The notes below the pieces were generated by a model, which saw only the letters and a program-made list of their open reading frames with translations, was not told the origin of the DNA and did no database searches. This document shows, piece by piece, positions 9,153 to 18,301 of a stretch of DNA of 62,792 nucleotides. This stretch comes from an archaeon 13_2_20CM_2_53_6 (lineage in GTDB: Archaea; Thermoproteota; Bathyarchaeia; 40CM-2-53-6): contig MNDT01000010.1 in NCBI GenBank assembly GCA_001915065.1, positions 1 to 62,792 of the forward strand. Reading direction: 5' to 3'. Position 1 is the stretch's first letter; every line of letters starts with the position of its first letter. The position numbers and the translations under genes were made by a program.

Positions 9153-9271
9153 TGGTGGGCCGGGAGAGATTTGAACTCTATCGACCTGGTGGTTCTCGAC
9201 CCCACGGTTATCAGCCGTGTGCTCCTCGGCCCGAGCGTCGTTCCTGGTTAACCGTGCTGAGCTACCGGCCC
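9153..9271 (-). tRNA. tRNA-Ile(GAU) with two non-canonical introns (D-loop and T-stem) and encoded CCA
   Basis: Minus strand: GGGCCGG-TA-GCTC...GAGC-A-CACGG-CTGATAA-CCGTG...TTCAAAT-CTCTC-CCGGCCC-A-CCA. Acceptor and anticodon stems pair perfectly. About 42 extra nt are split between the D-loop and the 5' T-stem. Confidence 0.6.
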
Positions 9272-9382
9272 ATTGGTTTTGCGGGCTGGGCTCTGACGGG
9301 AATTAACATTTTCCGGATTTGCCGGGGCTTGTCTGTGTCTAAAGTCTTTTAGATGGTTTCTGGGCCGGGCGTTGGTTGGGTT

Positions 9383-9512
9383 GGGCCGGTAGTTCAGCCT
9401 GGTATGCTGGGCGGTCGTGGGCTGCCTGGGCCGTAGAACGTCCGGTTCGCATGGGGAAAATTCTCCTCGGGTGACCGGAAGGCCGCGGGTTCAAATCCCG
9501 CCCGGTCCACCA
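9383..9512 (+). tRNA. tRNA-Ala(CGC) with a D-loop intron, a canonical 37/38 intron and encoded CCA
   Basis: GGGCCGG-TA-GTTC-AGCCTGGTA[~32 nt]GAAC-G-TCCGG-TTCGCA[22 nt]A-CCGGA-AGGCC-GCGGG-TTCAAAT-CCCGC-CCGGTCC-A-CCA. The G3:U70 pair is consistent with alanine identity. Confidence 0.7.
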
Positions 9513-10077
9513 AGATTGATGCTCGTAAATTGTGATGGGTTTCTGGAGTTCTGGGATGCCCCCCGGGGAGGTCGAGAAATAGATAACAGAAAAAGAAAAG
9601 ATAGTGAAAAACGGAAAGATTTCGCGTTCTAGTATTCGCTGGGTCTGTGGCGAGCGGATTGATCGCGATCGAACGCTTGTCTGCGATCATGGGACGTGCC
9701 TGATGATTCTCTTTCTTGGACGCGCCTCATACACTGGTTTTGCGTCGCGAGGACCAACGCTGATGAAATTTCTTAGAGGAGGGTCTCGCCAGTTGAAACC
9801 AAACTGAGCGAGTCTTGCGATCCAAGGCGCAGAATGCGCTGGTCGAGCGTTTTCGTTATCGTGGAGGTCAGCGTGCAGGTCAGCGTGAAAACTCCGTGAG
9901 GACAAATCGCTAACTTATGGTTTATACTCTATTTGGTAAATTTATCGTCTGATAACCTGCGCGCTTTTGCCTATAATCCACGAATTTGTCATAACCTGCG
10001 ATTCACTTCATCCTACAAACAGCAGTACTGTAATCTTCTTTAGTTCAGCCCCCAGCCCAACGATTGGCCAGAGTCTT

Positions 10078-10722
10078 ATGATGGGAAGCAGCAAGTGCCC
10101 CAACTGTGGCGAGGCTATTGGAAGTGGGTCGTCATTCTGTCCTACATGCGGAGCATCCTTAGCATCAACAACCACGTACGCGACGCCCGCGATATTCTCA
10201 AGATTAGTCCCCCAGTTCAGCGGGAACGGCTACATAGTCGAACAGAAGATCCTCGCACTGAGAGACACTTTCGGGATAAAAGATCGCAACGGGAATCAAC
10301 TCGCCTACGTGAAGAAGCAGTTAGTTAGCTTCGGGCCGAAATTCTGGTACGAGGCTCCTAACGGACAGAGAATAGGCGAGATCCACGGAAAAGTTCTGAC
10401 CATCCGCCCAACGTACGAGGTGTACGACTCGCAGGGACAACTGGTGGCTCAGGTGAAGAAGAAGCTGTTGAAACTTGTCGGTCAAGCATGGTGGATGGAA
10501 GACCCGACAGGCCAAGAGATAGCCAAGATAAACGGGAACGTCTTGGCCCACGACTATTACGTTCAAGACATGGCCGGCCAGCCAATTGCTCATATCCACA
10601 AGAAATGGGTCTCCGTCCGAGACTCTTACGGGATCGAGATGCTCAAACCAGCCTTCGACCCCTACCTAGTCTTGTCCTACGCGATCAGCCTAGACAACAC
10701 CGAAAAGAAAGATCACAAGTAA
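10078..10722 (+). CDS. Zinc-ribbon + LURP-one-related (DUF567/tubby-C-like) domain protein
   Basis: Internal ATG at 10078 (MMGSSKCPNCGE...CPTCG). It is followed by a repeated beta-rich pattern (IKDRNGNQLAYVKKQ..., VYDSQGQLVAQVKKK..., VQDMAGQPIAHIHKK...) typical of the LOR family. Confidence 0.6.
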   Translation: MMGSSKCPNCGEAIGSGSSFCPTCGASLASTTTYATPAIFSRLVPQFSGNGYIVEQKILALRDTFGIKDRNGNQLAYVKKQLVSFGPKFWYEAPNGQRIGEIHGKVLTIRPTYEVYDSQGQLVAQVKKKLLKLVGQAWWMEDPTGQEIAKINGNVLAHDYYVQDMAGQPIAHIHKKWVSVRDSYGIEMLKPAFDPYLVLSYAISLDNTEKKDHK

Positions 10723-10865
10723 CCCCTAGACTCAGCGCTCGACCCAAGCAAGCCCCCCGCGTTTTAGACTCGACCCAAGGCAAAGGCATGGTTCCCCACT
10801 TTCGTCGCCAAAGTTCAGATCATCCCAGAATACTCTGTCGAAAGCACAACTGCGGATATGCAGGC

Positions 10866-12725
10866 CTAAGTGAGCTTGCTAAGGGTATTTTCCACTTCAG
10901 CTTCGGCATTATCAGCTTTGATGAATATCGGGACGTTCTCCATTCCTGTTGCTATGAAACTTGAAAGTAGCCATTCGCCAGGGGCGAATTCTAGGGTCTT
11001 CTCGAGAATCTGTTTGTCGATAGTGAAAGTGTCGCTCACCACCGTCCGATCATAGGGCCGGGGCAGTGTCCCGATGAAGTAGGTATGGAGCTGTTGGAGG
11101 GCGTTCGTATTGAGATACGCTATCCTCTGTGTGGCGAGACACCCCCCGAGACCGTACTTCCGTCCCTGTCTCAACAGCGTCTCTACGACTTTGGAGCAGT
11201 CCTTGTCGATGCCTGACGAGCCGCTGAGGTCGGGGACGAATTCCTGTGCCTCGTCGAATACGAAGAGCACGTACGGCTTGACTTTGAAGGACCGTTTTCG
11301 TCGTTGGAGGAACTCGCGGGCTAGGTCCACAACTAGCTCCTTGATGACGTAGGGATCCGATATCGAGATGCAGGTGAGCCGGGACTCCTTCTCAACTAGG
11401 TCTCTGATTCCCTGTATGTCGAGCCCTCCGGTAGTCCTCTTCTCCTTCTCCGCGCGCTTCAGATTGTCCAGTAGGGTTAGCCGGCTGGTGGCCCATGCGT
11501 ATACTCCGCTTCGGTCTGAGATCTTGAACTCGTCGATGGCTGTTCGTCCCCACTCGTCGAGTTGTTTGATGAAATCCTCATCGATAGGTCTGGAGTCCGT
11601 CACCTCGTGGCCGGCCTTGTAGTCTACAAGCTCCTGGCGGATCCGGTCTAGGGCGTTGACATAGTGGGGCTTGTCCAAGCTCTCGTTTCGCTGCCTGTTG
11701 AGCTCGTCGAGAATGTCGCCAAATGTCGGGATCTTGGATTCAGGTTTGAGATAGTACGTGATCTTCTTCTGGCCAAATATTTTGGCGAAGACTTTCCGCA
11801 CCCGGTCATCGTCCTCGTACTCGCGCGGTTTCACGACGCTGGCGTAGAACTGCTCTGCGTTGGTGACAGGGTTTTCGAGGATAATCTTGGAGGAGATCTT
11901 GTCCTCTGCAAACAAGTCCATGAGGAGGAAGGGATACTCGCTGGAAATGTCGAATACGATCACCTTGACCTCCGGTTGATGTATCAGCAATCTTCGTAGC
12001 ACGTTTGAGAGGAGGTTCGACTTTCCGGCGCCGGTAAACGCGAAGATTCCGAAGTGGTATCGGACCATTGCCTCAAAGTCGAGATAGATCGGGATCTTCT
12101 CCTCCATGGACTCGAACATCTGGATCGTCCCGATTCTCGGGTCCTTGTAGGCGTCACTCGTCGTTGTCTTCGGGTTGAAGCCGAGCTTTGCCAGTATCCT
12201 CTGATTGTACATGTGGCTGATCATGTCGCGGCTAAGAATCTGGGCCTCGGCGGCTATGACCGGATATGTGAAGCCCTTCTCATACTTGGGCTCCGCACTG
12301 TCGTTGAGAATGAGATCGTAGTTGATGGGAAGGGCACTGATCTGAACCATCATGGTCGACTTGTCGCTTGTGTCCCAGTCTTTCACGGATTGTTGTATGA
12401 TCTCGAACTGCATGGGGTAGTAGCTGTGCTCAGAGAGACCCTTCAGCCCGTAATGTTCTGGCCAGACCCGGGAAATCACCATCAGTGAATATCGATGATC
12501 CTTCGAATTTGATTTGAAATTTCGGACCGCGATGAGCATTCCTTCCTCGATAAGACCCATGGCATCCTTGTGGTACTCGACCTTTATCCTACACTCGTAT
12601 CGGGCGGATATGCCTGTGAGCTCGTGGGTTGCGACTGGCATGAAAGCTGGTGTGACTGCGGCGAGGCGGGCCTTGAATCGGCCGTTGAAGTCTGTGAAGT
12701 ATCTAGATGTTATCTCTTCGAGCAC
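10866..12725 (-). CDS. HerA/FtsK-like P-loop ATPase (DUF87-type) with a long insertion between Walker A and Walker B
   Basis: 619 aa. Walker A HFGIFAFTGAGKSNLLSNVL, Walker B YVLFVFDEAQEFVP, then LRQGRKYGLGGCLATQR. N-terminal barrel-like region. About 250 aa of helical sequence lies between the Walker motifs. Overlaps the upstream ORF by 23 nt. Confidence 0.8.
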   Translation of the reverse strand: MLEEITSRYFTDFNGRFKARLAAVTPAFMPVATHELTGISARYECRIKVEYHKDAMGLIEEGMLIAVRNFKSNSKDHRYSLMVISRVWPEHYGLKGLSEHSYYPMQFEIIQQSVKDWDTSDKSTMMVQISALPINYDLILNDSAEPKYEKGFTYPVIAAEAQILSRDMISHMYNQRILAKLGFNPKTTTSDAYKDPRIGTIQMFESMEEKIPIYLDFEAMVRYHFGIFAFTGAGKSNLLSNVLRRLLIHQPEVKVIVFDISSEYPFLLMDLFAEDKISSKIILENPVTNAEQFYASVVKPREYEDDDRVRKVFAKIFGQKKITYYLKPESKIPTFGDILDELNRQRNESLDKPHYVNALDRIRQELVDYKAGHEVTDSRPIDEDFIKQLDEWGRTAIDEFKISDRSGVYAWATSRLTLLDNLKRAEKEKRTTGGLDIQGIRDLVEKESRLTCISISDPYVIKELVVDLAREFLQRRKRSFKVKPYVLFVFDEAQEFVPDLSGSSGIDKDCSKVVETLLRQGRKYGLGGCLATQRIAYLNTNALQQLHTYFIGTLPRPYDRTVVSDTFTIDKQILEKTLEFAPGEWLLSSFIATGMENVPIFIKADNAEAEVENTLSKLT

Positions 12726-14754
12726 CCTCGATCTCGCTCCTTCGCTCCCGGAACGTGCTCATGTAGAATACAAAGTGTCGCAGCTTTGGATTGTTCATAA
12801 GCCATTTCCCGGTCGTGTCTATGATCTTTCGCATCTCTTCGTTGTGCCATTTGGCGACCTTGTCGGCGATGAATAGTGGTTTGTTATGGCCGAAGAGCTC
12901 AGGGACGCTGTTGCTCGTCATGGACCCGAGTGTGATCATGACGAGTTCCTGGATCGGATTCTTGACATGGTTGTCTTTGAAGATGATGGGTTGAACGGGT
13001 TCATCGGCGCTACCGTAGGAGTGGGCGAACTTTGTCGTAGTGTCCGGTCGAAAGTCGAAATCTGGGTAGACCAGCCGATCTAGGAGCAGTACGTTGCTTC
13101 TCAACTGTGGATCGTAGGCTGTCTGTGAGAGCTGAATGTAGCTCTTGAGAAACAAGCGTTCCGGCGTGATCTTGTTCCGTATAGCGCCTCCGACAAAGCC
13201 TGCCCTCTTCTCGAAGTCGGGGACTATCATCAAGAATGAGGAGTCGTACTCTATCAAGGACCACGGAACATGAATGGATTCATGGTTGAATACGCTGAGA
13301 GTCTGGAGCAACATTCGGTCAGTGTTGGGTATACGAGACAACTGCTCCTGGCTGAGGTCTGATCTCCATAGCCGGTTAGATACCATGACTGGAAGGACAT
13401 GATTTTTGAAGTCCCTGGCCGCAGTATCCTTAGTCAACCCCAGAAGCAGGATTCGTTTCTTCCAGCATTCCTCGACCAAAAGGTCTAGCGTGAAAAGCGT
13501 AAGGAACGATAGATCCTGGGTCGTTAGCCAGTGTAGGTCTCCATTCTTCATTACTTGGAGCGGGTTCTGTTTTGGTTTTTCCTCGAACATTCTACGCCCG
13601 TAGGTTTCGACAAGCTTCCGGATTCGGGGCCAAGTCTTGTTATACCGCTCTCTGAGCGTATATGTTCCCGCGGATTCCTCCAGAAATCCCTCTTTGATCA
13701 GTTTCCCGAGGAACCGTTCGACGCGCTTCTGCCGATCATCCTCCTTGATTCTAAGCTTGGAATAGAGATCGGCTGATGTGAGGAAACCGGCTCGTTCGAT
13801 CTCAAGGAGGCATCGGTATCGAAGGTAATCTCCGCGGGGCGGTGGAAGGTCGAGCGCGGGATTGTCCAAGTGATGTCTTGCATATGCGAGATCGTTGATG
13901 TCTATCGGTACGTCGTCGACTTCGAGCCCGACTAGCGCCCCGTTGCTCTTCCAGAGTTTTCTCCTAGATGTGTCATAGATGAGGCTGGCCAGCATCGTGG
14001 CCAGGCTTCTATCCAACAGGAGAATCCTTGGTCCATCCTCTTCCCGTGAGAGCCGGTAGGCGAGGTAGAATTCGGAAAACGTCATTATCCAGTTGGCAAC
14101 CGTCGAGTTGTTCGCGATCGCTTCGTCCGTAAGCGGACGAGTTAGAGAAATCTCGGAGACCTCACCCGGCTGGATGAAGCTCTGGTCTATCTCCGGAACC
14201 TCGTTGACGTAGACCGGAACGCAACTCGACAGTGCGCGACCGCTCTTGAGAAAGTGATCCTCGTACTCAACTCTAGGAGGACTCTTCTGAGGATAGGTTA
14301 TCGTCCCACGGGCAGCATAGGAGCCGCCGAAGAAGACCACCAGATCGAAGAGTGGACGGGCATAGTCGGTTCCGTCAACAGCCGCGAACGAGACCCGGTC
14401 GGTCCCGAAGAAACGCTTCGCCGTCTCATGGCACGATTCTGAGCTAAAGTCTGTTCTGATCAAACTTTCGAAGACTCGCTCATACATTCCCTCAAGCGTC
14501 TCGAATCGAGCGCGATATCCTTCGATCTGATCCGTGGCTCCGCTCTGAAGCAGAGTGCCAGCTCTCTCGATAGCAGAACTGAGTGAGGATGAAGCGGGAG
14601 CTATCTTCTCTACAGTAGACAAGATGTAATCGCGGTTGAGCCTGGGCCTATAAAGGTGGGACTCGTCACCGTAAGTTCCTTCGCGCACGCTCCTAATGAT
14701 TATAGGAACGATCCTTTGGCAAGGCTTGACCAAATGGCACGAGGAAACAGCCAC
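12703..14754 (-). CDS. Enlarged NurA-like nuclease with an internal winged-helix-like insertion
   Basis: 683 aa, GTG start. NurA-like motif order: SFAAVDGTDY, PRILLLDRSLATML, ILLLGLTKDTAARDF, IPNTDRMLLQTL, PLFIADKVAKW. Inserted segment YRCLLEIERAGFLTSADLY...FLGKLIKEGFLEESAGTYTL looks like a wHTH. Confidence 0.65.
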   Translation of the reverse strand: MAVSSCHLVKPCQRIVPIIIRSVREGTYGDESHLYRPRLNRDYILSTVEKIAPASSSLSSAIERAGTLLQSGATDQIEGYRARFETLEGMYERVFESLIRTDFSSESCHETAKRFFGTDRVSFAAVDGTDYARPLFDLVVFFGGSYAARGTITYPQKSPPRVEYEDHFLKSGRALSSCVPVYVNEVPEIDQSFIQPGEVSEISLTRPLTDEAIANNSTVANWIMTFSEFYLAYRLSREEDGPRILLLDRSLATMLASLIYDTSRRKLWKSNGALVGLEVDDVPIDINDLAYARHHLDNPALDLPPPRGDYLRYRCLLEIERAGFLTSADLYSKLRIKEDDRQKRVERFLGKLIKEGFLEESAGTYTLRERYNKTWPRIRKLVETYGRRMFEEKPKQNPLQVMKNGDLHWLTTQDLSFLTLFTLDLLVEECWKKRILLLGLTKDTAARDFKNHVLPVMVSNRLWRSDLSQEQLSRIPNTDRMLLQTLSVFNHESIHVPWSLIEYDSSFLMIVPDFEKRAGFVGGAIRNKITPERLFLKSYIQLSQTAYDPQLRSNVLLLDRLVYPDFDFRPDTTTKFAHSYGSADEPVQPIIFKDNHVKNPIQELVMITLGSMTSNSVPELFGHNKPLFIADKVAKWHNEEMRKIIDTTGKWLMNNPKLRHFVFYMSTFRERRSEIEGARRDNI

Positions 14755-15009
14755 ATGCTGGCGGGGAAGGTAGTGCTGTTCCTGCAGTTCGGATTCATTG
14801 TTTTCCTAATCTATGCTCTCTCTGCAGAATACCAGTCAAACCGGTTCCAGCAGAGCTGGATCTCGGTCAAAGCGTCTTGGCTGCAGTATCTTCTCAACGG
14901 CTACCTGGCGGCGGCTCTAATTGGAGTCTTCATTGGCGGAGCCTTTCTGCTCGTGGGGGACATTGTGAGGAATAGGAGGAGAAGAGGGGGCCTCAAAACA
15001 GTAGTCTAG
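14755..15009 (+). CDS. Small two-TM membrane protein (hypothetical)
   Basis: Internal ATG at 14755, immediately divergent from the NurA-like start. Hydrophobic stretches VVLFLQFGFIVFLIYAL and LAAALIGVFIGGAFLLVG. Confidence 0.35.
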   Translation: MLAGKVVLFLQFGFIVFLIYALSAEYQSNRFQQSWISVKASWLQYLLNGYLAAALIGVFIGGAFLLVGDIVRNRRRRGGLKTVV

Positions 15010-15593
15010 CGTGAGGCCAGGGCGATACGTTCTATCTCGTCCCGCTTACGGACGGATGCGCTCTTCGGGTCCCTAGCTGCGGCGAGAATCAGTTCCTCAG
15101 CGAGGCACTCGTCGACCGTCCGAGGATTGTTGTGGGATGCCTGACGGGACAACTGGGTAATGTGTCGAAGAGAAATGTCAACTCTCCTCTGTGGGGCTAT
15201 GTCTACTGAGATCGGATAGACGATTCCACCGTAGGCGATCCTAGTAACGTCCTCAGCAGGGGCCGCGTTCTCGATGGCTCGCACGATAATCTCGATAGGA
15301 TTCTTGCCTGTACGGATAGCGATGATGTCCATGGCGTTCTTGACGATGCTGCTGGCGCGGGACTTGCCGCCGCCTGCTACCCCGGGTCGCATCATATCGT
15401 CGATTAGCCGTTCGACAACGTTGATGGTTGACTTTCGGAAGCGGGCGTGCTCGTGACGTCCACTGGTGTGCGGAAGGAGTATGGGTCTCGCGGAAATGTA
15501 TCGTTTGAGCCCTGGGTCCTTTGCCTCAATGTCGGCTGTCGACCATTTGCCGAACACCTTAATCTCGGGAAGCTTCTTCAGATCTTTGCTCAA
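15006..15593 (-). CDS. rps7: 30S ribosomal protein uS7
   Basis: 195 aa. The pattern KVFGKWS...ILLPHTSGRH...INVVERLI...AIENAAPAEDVTRI.YGG and the length match archaeal S7. Confidence 0.9.
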   Translation of the reverse strand: MSKDLKKLPEIKVFGKWSTADIEAKDPGLKRYISARPILLPHTSGRHEHARFRKSTINVVERLIDDMMRPGVAGGGKSRASSIVKNAMDIIAIRTGKNPIEIIVRAIENAAPAEDVTRIAYGGIVYPISVDIAPQRRVDISLRHITQLSRQASHNNPRTVDECLAEELILAAARDPKSASVRKRDEIERIALASR

Positions 15594-15700
15594 ACGATCC
15601 AGCGTCTTGAGCTGTCCGTCTCCATCATTTTAAACGTTCGCGGAAACAGAACCTCTAATTCTTCGTGTTGACCCTTTTGATCCGGCCGGGGTTGCACGGG

Positions 15701-16165
15701 ATGAAAGTTCTCTTCGTCTGTGACGGCAACATCTGCCGTAGCCCAATGGCTGAGGCGTTGCTGCGTCAGACTTTAGCTGACAGGAGTATTGACGGGATCG
15801 AAGTATCATCCGGGGGTCTGGTTGCGAGCCCTTGGAGTAAAGCGCACTCGCAACTTCGTCGAGTACTCGGTCCCGCCTACCACCTTGTCGAGAATCGACC
15901 CTCGCAATCGCTAACCGAGGAACTCGTCGGTGGCTCGGATCTGATTTTGGGTATGGAGAACCGGCATGTTCGCCAGATTCTGGAAAAATATCCCAAGTCT
16001 CAAGGACGAGTTGACAAGATTACATCCTACGCTGGGAGAGATGGCGAAGTCAAGGACTTCCCCGATAGTGGATATGGAGACGTGTTTACCTGGCTTCGCC
16101 ACTGCCACTCGATTATGCTTCCTTGCGTAGAGACTATCGCTGATAGATTGGTTCATGAGAGATAA
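15701..16165 (+). CDS. Low-molecular-weight protein-tyrosine phosphatase / ArsC-like
   Basis: ATG at 15701 (MKVLFVCDGNICRSPMAEALL). CX5R(S) P-loop motif. Confidence 0.8.
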   Translation: MKVLFVCDGNICRSPMAEALLRQTLADRSIDGIEVSSGGLVASPWSKAHSQLRRVLGPAYHLVENRPSQSLTEELVGGSDLILGMENRHVRQILEKYPKSQGRVDKITSYAGRDGEVKDFPDSGYGDVFTWLRHCHSIMLPCVETIADRLVHER

Positions 16166-16234
16166 CTCGTCTGTCGCTTCTGGCAAAACGGGGAAGGTTG
16201 ATTAGGAAAAGCGTCGTAGACTCATCCGGTTTGT

Positions 16235-18199
16235 TTGACCGTTACTGAAGTTCTCGAAAGACCTGCTCCCGAGAAGCCATCAATTCCAATCGAATCGCTA
16301 CTCTCAGCGAGGCTTCTGCTTGAACCCGAGAACGTGAATGATCGTATCTATTTCCTGTCGGACATGAGTGGAGTTCTGAGCCTGTATTCCATGGACAAGA
16401 TTGGGAGCATTCCAGAACCTCTGCTTCCAGGCGGGATGGCGCTTGTTAATCCACACTTGATGCCTGGCGACAACTACCACGTTATTCCCAAGCTGGGAAA
16501 AATCTTGGTCATGATCGATAAACTGGGCGATGAGAACTATCAGCCTAGTCTGATCCCTCTCAACGGTGGGATTCCTGAATCGCTGCTCGGGGACAAGTAT
16601 CGAGATCAACAGATTGCCTGCGTGCATTTTGACAAGGACCGGAACATCGCTTACTTCTTCCGGGACAACCGGAAGACACCCGATATCGAATGCCTCAAAG
16701 TCAACATGGAGACCGGTGAGGTCAGCTCACTCGGGACAAGCATCTACGGGAACATCTGCAACGGAGTGAGCTCTGACCATTCGACCGTGATTCTTGCGGA
16801 CAACTACACGGCAGGAGATGTCGTCCTGTACTATCGGAAGCCCGGTATGACGGAGAGGAGATTGCTCTACGGCGTTCCTCTCGAACAGAGGGAGGGAAAG
16901 CAGATTCCACCGAGTGGCATCGGTTGGTGCAGTTTCGTTGACAACGACAAGGGATTGTTATTCGCGTCAACTATCTTCCATGACAGCGGGGGTCTGACCT
17001 ACCTCTCACTGGACAATCCATCCCAGCCAATCGACATTCCCGTGAAGGGGCTGCAGCATTCTGGTCAAGGAGAGATGGTCGGACTGCGGAAAGTTGAGGA
17101 CAACCGGTTCGTCTTGGAGTACAATATCGATGGAGCTTCCTGGGCGTACGAAGGGGCGTTCCACGGAGGAGCATCACCAGCCTTCGAAGTAGGCCGGGTC
17201 CTGGTTGGGACCCCACCATTATCGGGTGGCGTGGTACTGGGTCTTGAATGGCAGGTAACGAATCATAATCCCCTGCAGGTCGAGTATGCTTTCGCTTTCA
17301 CGAAAGCCAACAGCCCCTCACAGCTCTACCTCATCCCAAGCGGAGGAAAGTCTACGGCAACACGTCTCTCAAGCGAAAAGGTCCTTGGCATTCCGGATGA
17401 GTATCTTTCTCCCGGCGAAGATGCCAGCTATACATCGTTTGACGGACTGGAGGTTTCTGCAAGACTCTATCTCCCCTCCCCAAAACTCGGTTACAAGGGT
17501 CCGAGACCTCTGGTCGAATATGTTCACGGAGGGCCGCAAGGACAGGAGAGGCCGGATTTCACATGGTTCTCGATGCCCTTGATCCAGTACTTGACATTGA
17601 ATGGTTTCGCGGTCTTCGTTCCAAACGTGCGAGGTAGTACGGGCTATGGTATGCGCTACATGAAGTGGGTGGACAAGGACTGGGGCGGAAAAGACGTGCT
17701 GGACCATATTGAAGGTCTCAAGCGTCTGGAGAAGGATTCCCGGATCGACTCGAGCCGCCGAGGCGTTGTTGGACGATCCTATGGTGGATATATGACGCTG
17801 ACACTGGCGTCTAGACATCCAGAACTATGGAGGGCGGCCGTTGATATGTTCGGCCCATACGACCTGCCGGCTTGGATCTCGCGCATTCCACCGACCTGGC
17901 AGACCTTCTTCCGGCTGACTCTGGGAGATCCTGTGAAGGACCGGGACTTCCTAGTGGAGAGGTCGCCTAAGACCTACATGAGCCACTTGTCTAGTCCGTT
18001 GATGATTATTCAGGGAAAACATGATCCCCGAGTTCCAGAGCCAGAGTCTTCACAACTGGTAGAAGATCTACGGAAGGACGGCGTCAAGGTCGACTATCAA
18101 GTGTACGAAGATGAGGGGCACGACGTGCTACGGTTCAAGAACAGAGTACACTGCTACAACACCATTACGGAATTCTTCCGAAAGAATCTGGGAAACTAG
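16235..18199 (+). CDS. S9-family serine peptidase (prolyl oligopeptidase/acylaminoacyl-peptidase-like)
   Basis: 654 aa. N-terminal propeller-like region. C-terminal alpha/beta hydrolase with GRSYGGYM nucleophile elbow, GKHDPRVP and EGHD. Confidence 0.8.
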   Translation: MTVTEVLERPAPEKPSIPIESLLSARLLLEPENVNDRIYFLSDMSGVLSLYSMDKIGSIPEPLLPGGMALVNPHLMPGDNYHVIPKLGKILVMIDKLGDENYQPSLIPLNGGIPESLLGDKYRDQQIACVHFDKDRNIAYFFRDNRKTPDIECLKVNMETGEVSSLGTSIYGNICNGVSSDHSTVILADNYTAGDVVLYYRKPGMTERRLLYGVPLEQREGKQIPPSGIGWCSFVDNDKGLLFASTIFHDSGGLTYLSLDNPSQPIDIPVKGLQHSGQGEMVGLRKVEDNRFVLEYNIDGASWAYEGAFHGGASPAFEVGRVLVGTPPLSGGVVLGLEWQVTNHNPLQVEYAFAFTKANSPSQLYLIPSGGKSTATRLSSEKVLGIPDEYLSPGEDASYTSFDGLEVSARLYLPSPKLGYKGPRPLVEYVHGGPQGQERPDFTWFSMPLIQYLTLNGFAVFVPNVRGSTGYGMRYMKWVDKDWGGKDVLDHIEGLKRLEKDSRIDSSRRGVVGRSYGGYMTLTLASRHPELWRAAVDMFGPYDLPAWISRIPPTWQTFFRLTLGDPVKDRDFLVERSPKTYMSHLSSPLMIIQGKHDPRVPEPESSQLVEDLRKDGVKVDYQVYEDEGHDVLRFKNRVHCYNTITEFFRKNLGN

Positions 18200-18301
18200 A
18201 CAAACAGGATCGAAGGCCCGTTGGGGCCTTAGTCATCAGTAGTTGGCAGCCATTCCTCTATGGAATCCTTAATCTGACCAGATTCTCCTGGAGATCCAGC
18301 T

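Noticed and set aside
9540-9960. Track ORFs in the tRNA-adjacent gap (9394..9690, 9417..9632, 9604..9807, 9687..9905).
   Set aside because: They overlap the tRNA-Ala gene or each other, and their translations are low-complexity. The region is treated as non-coding.
18213-18232. Perfect 7-bp hairpin AAGGCCC-GTTG-GGGCCTT right after the S9 peptidase stop, considered as a terminator.
   Set aside because: It is plausible, but archaeal termination relies mainly on oligo-T tracts and none follows. This is too weak to list as a feature.
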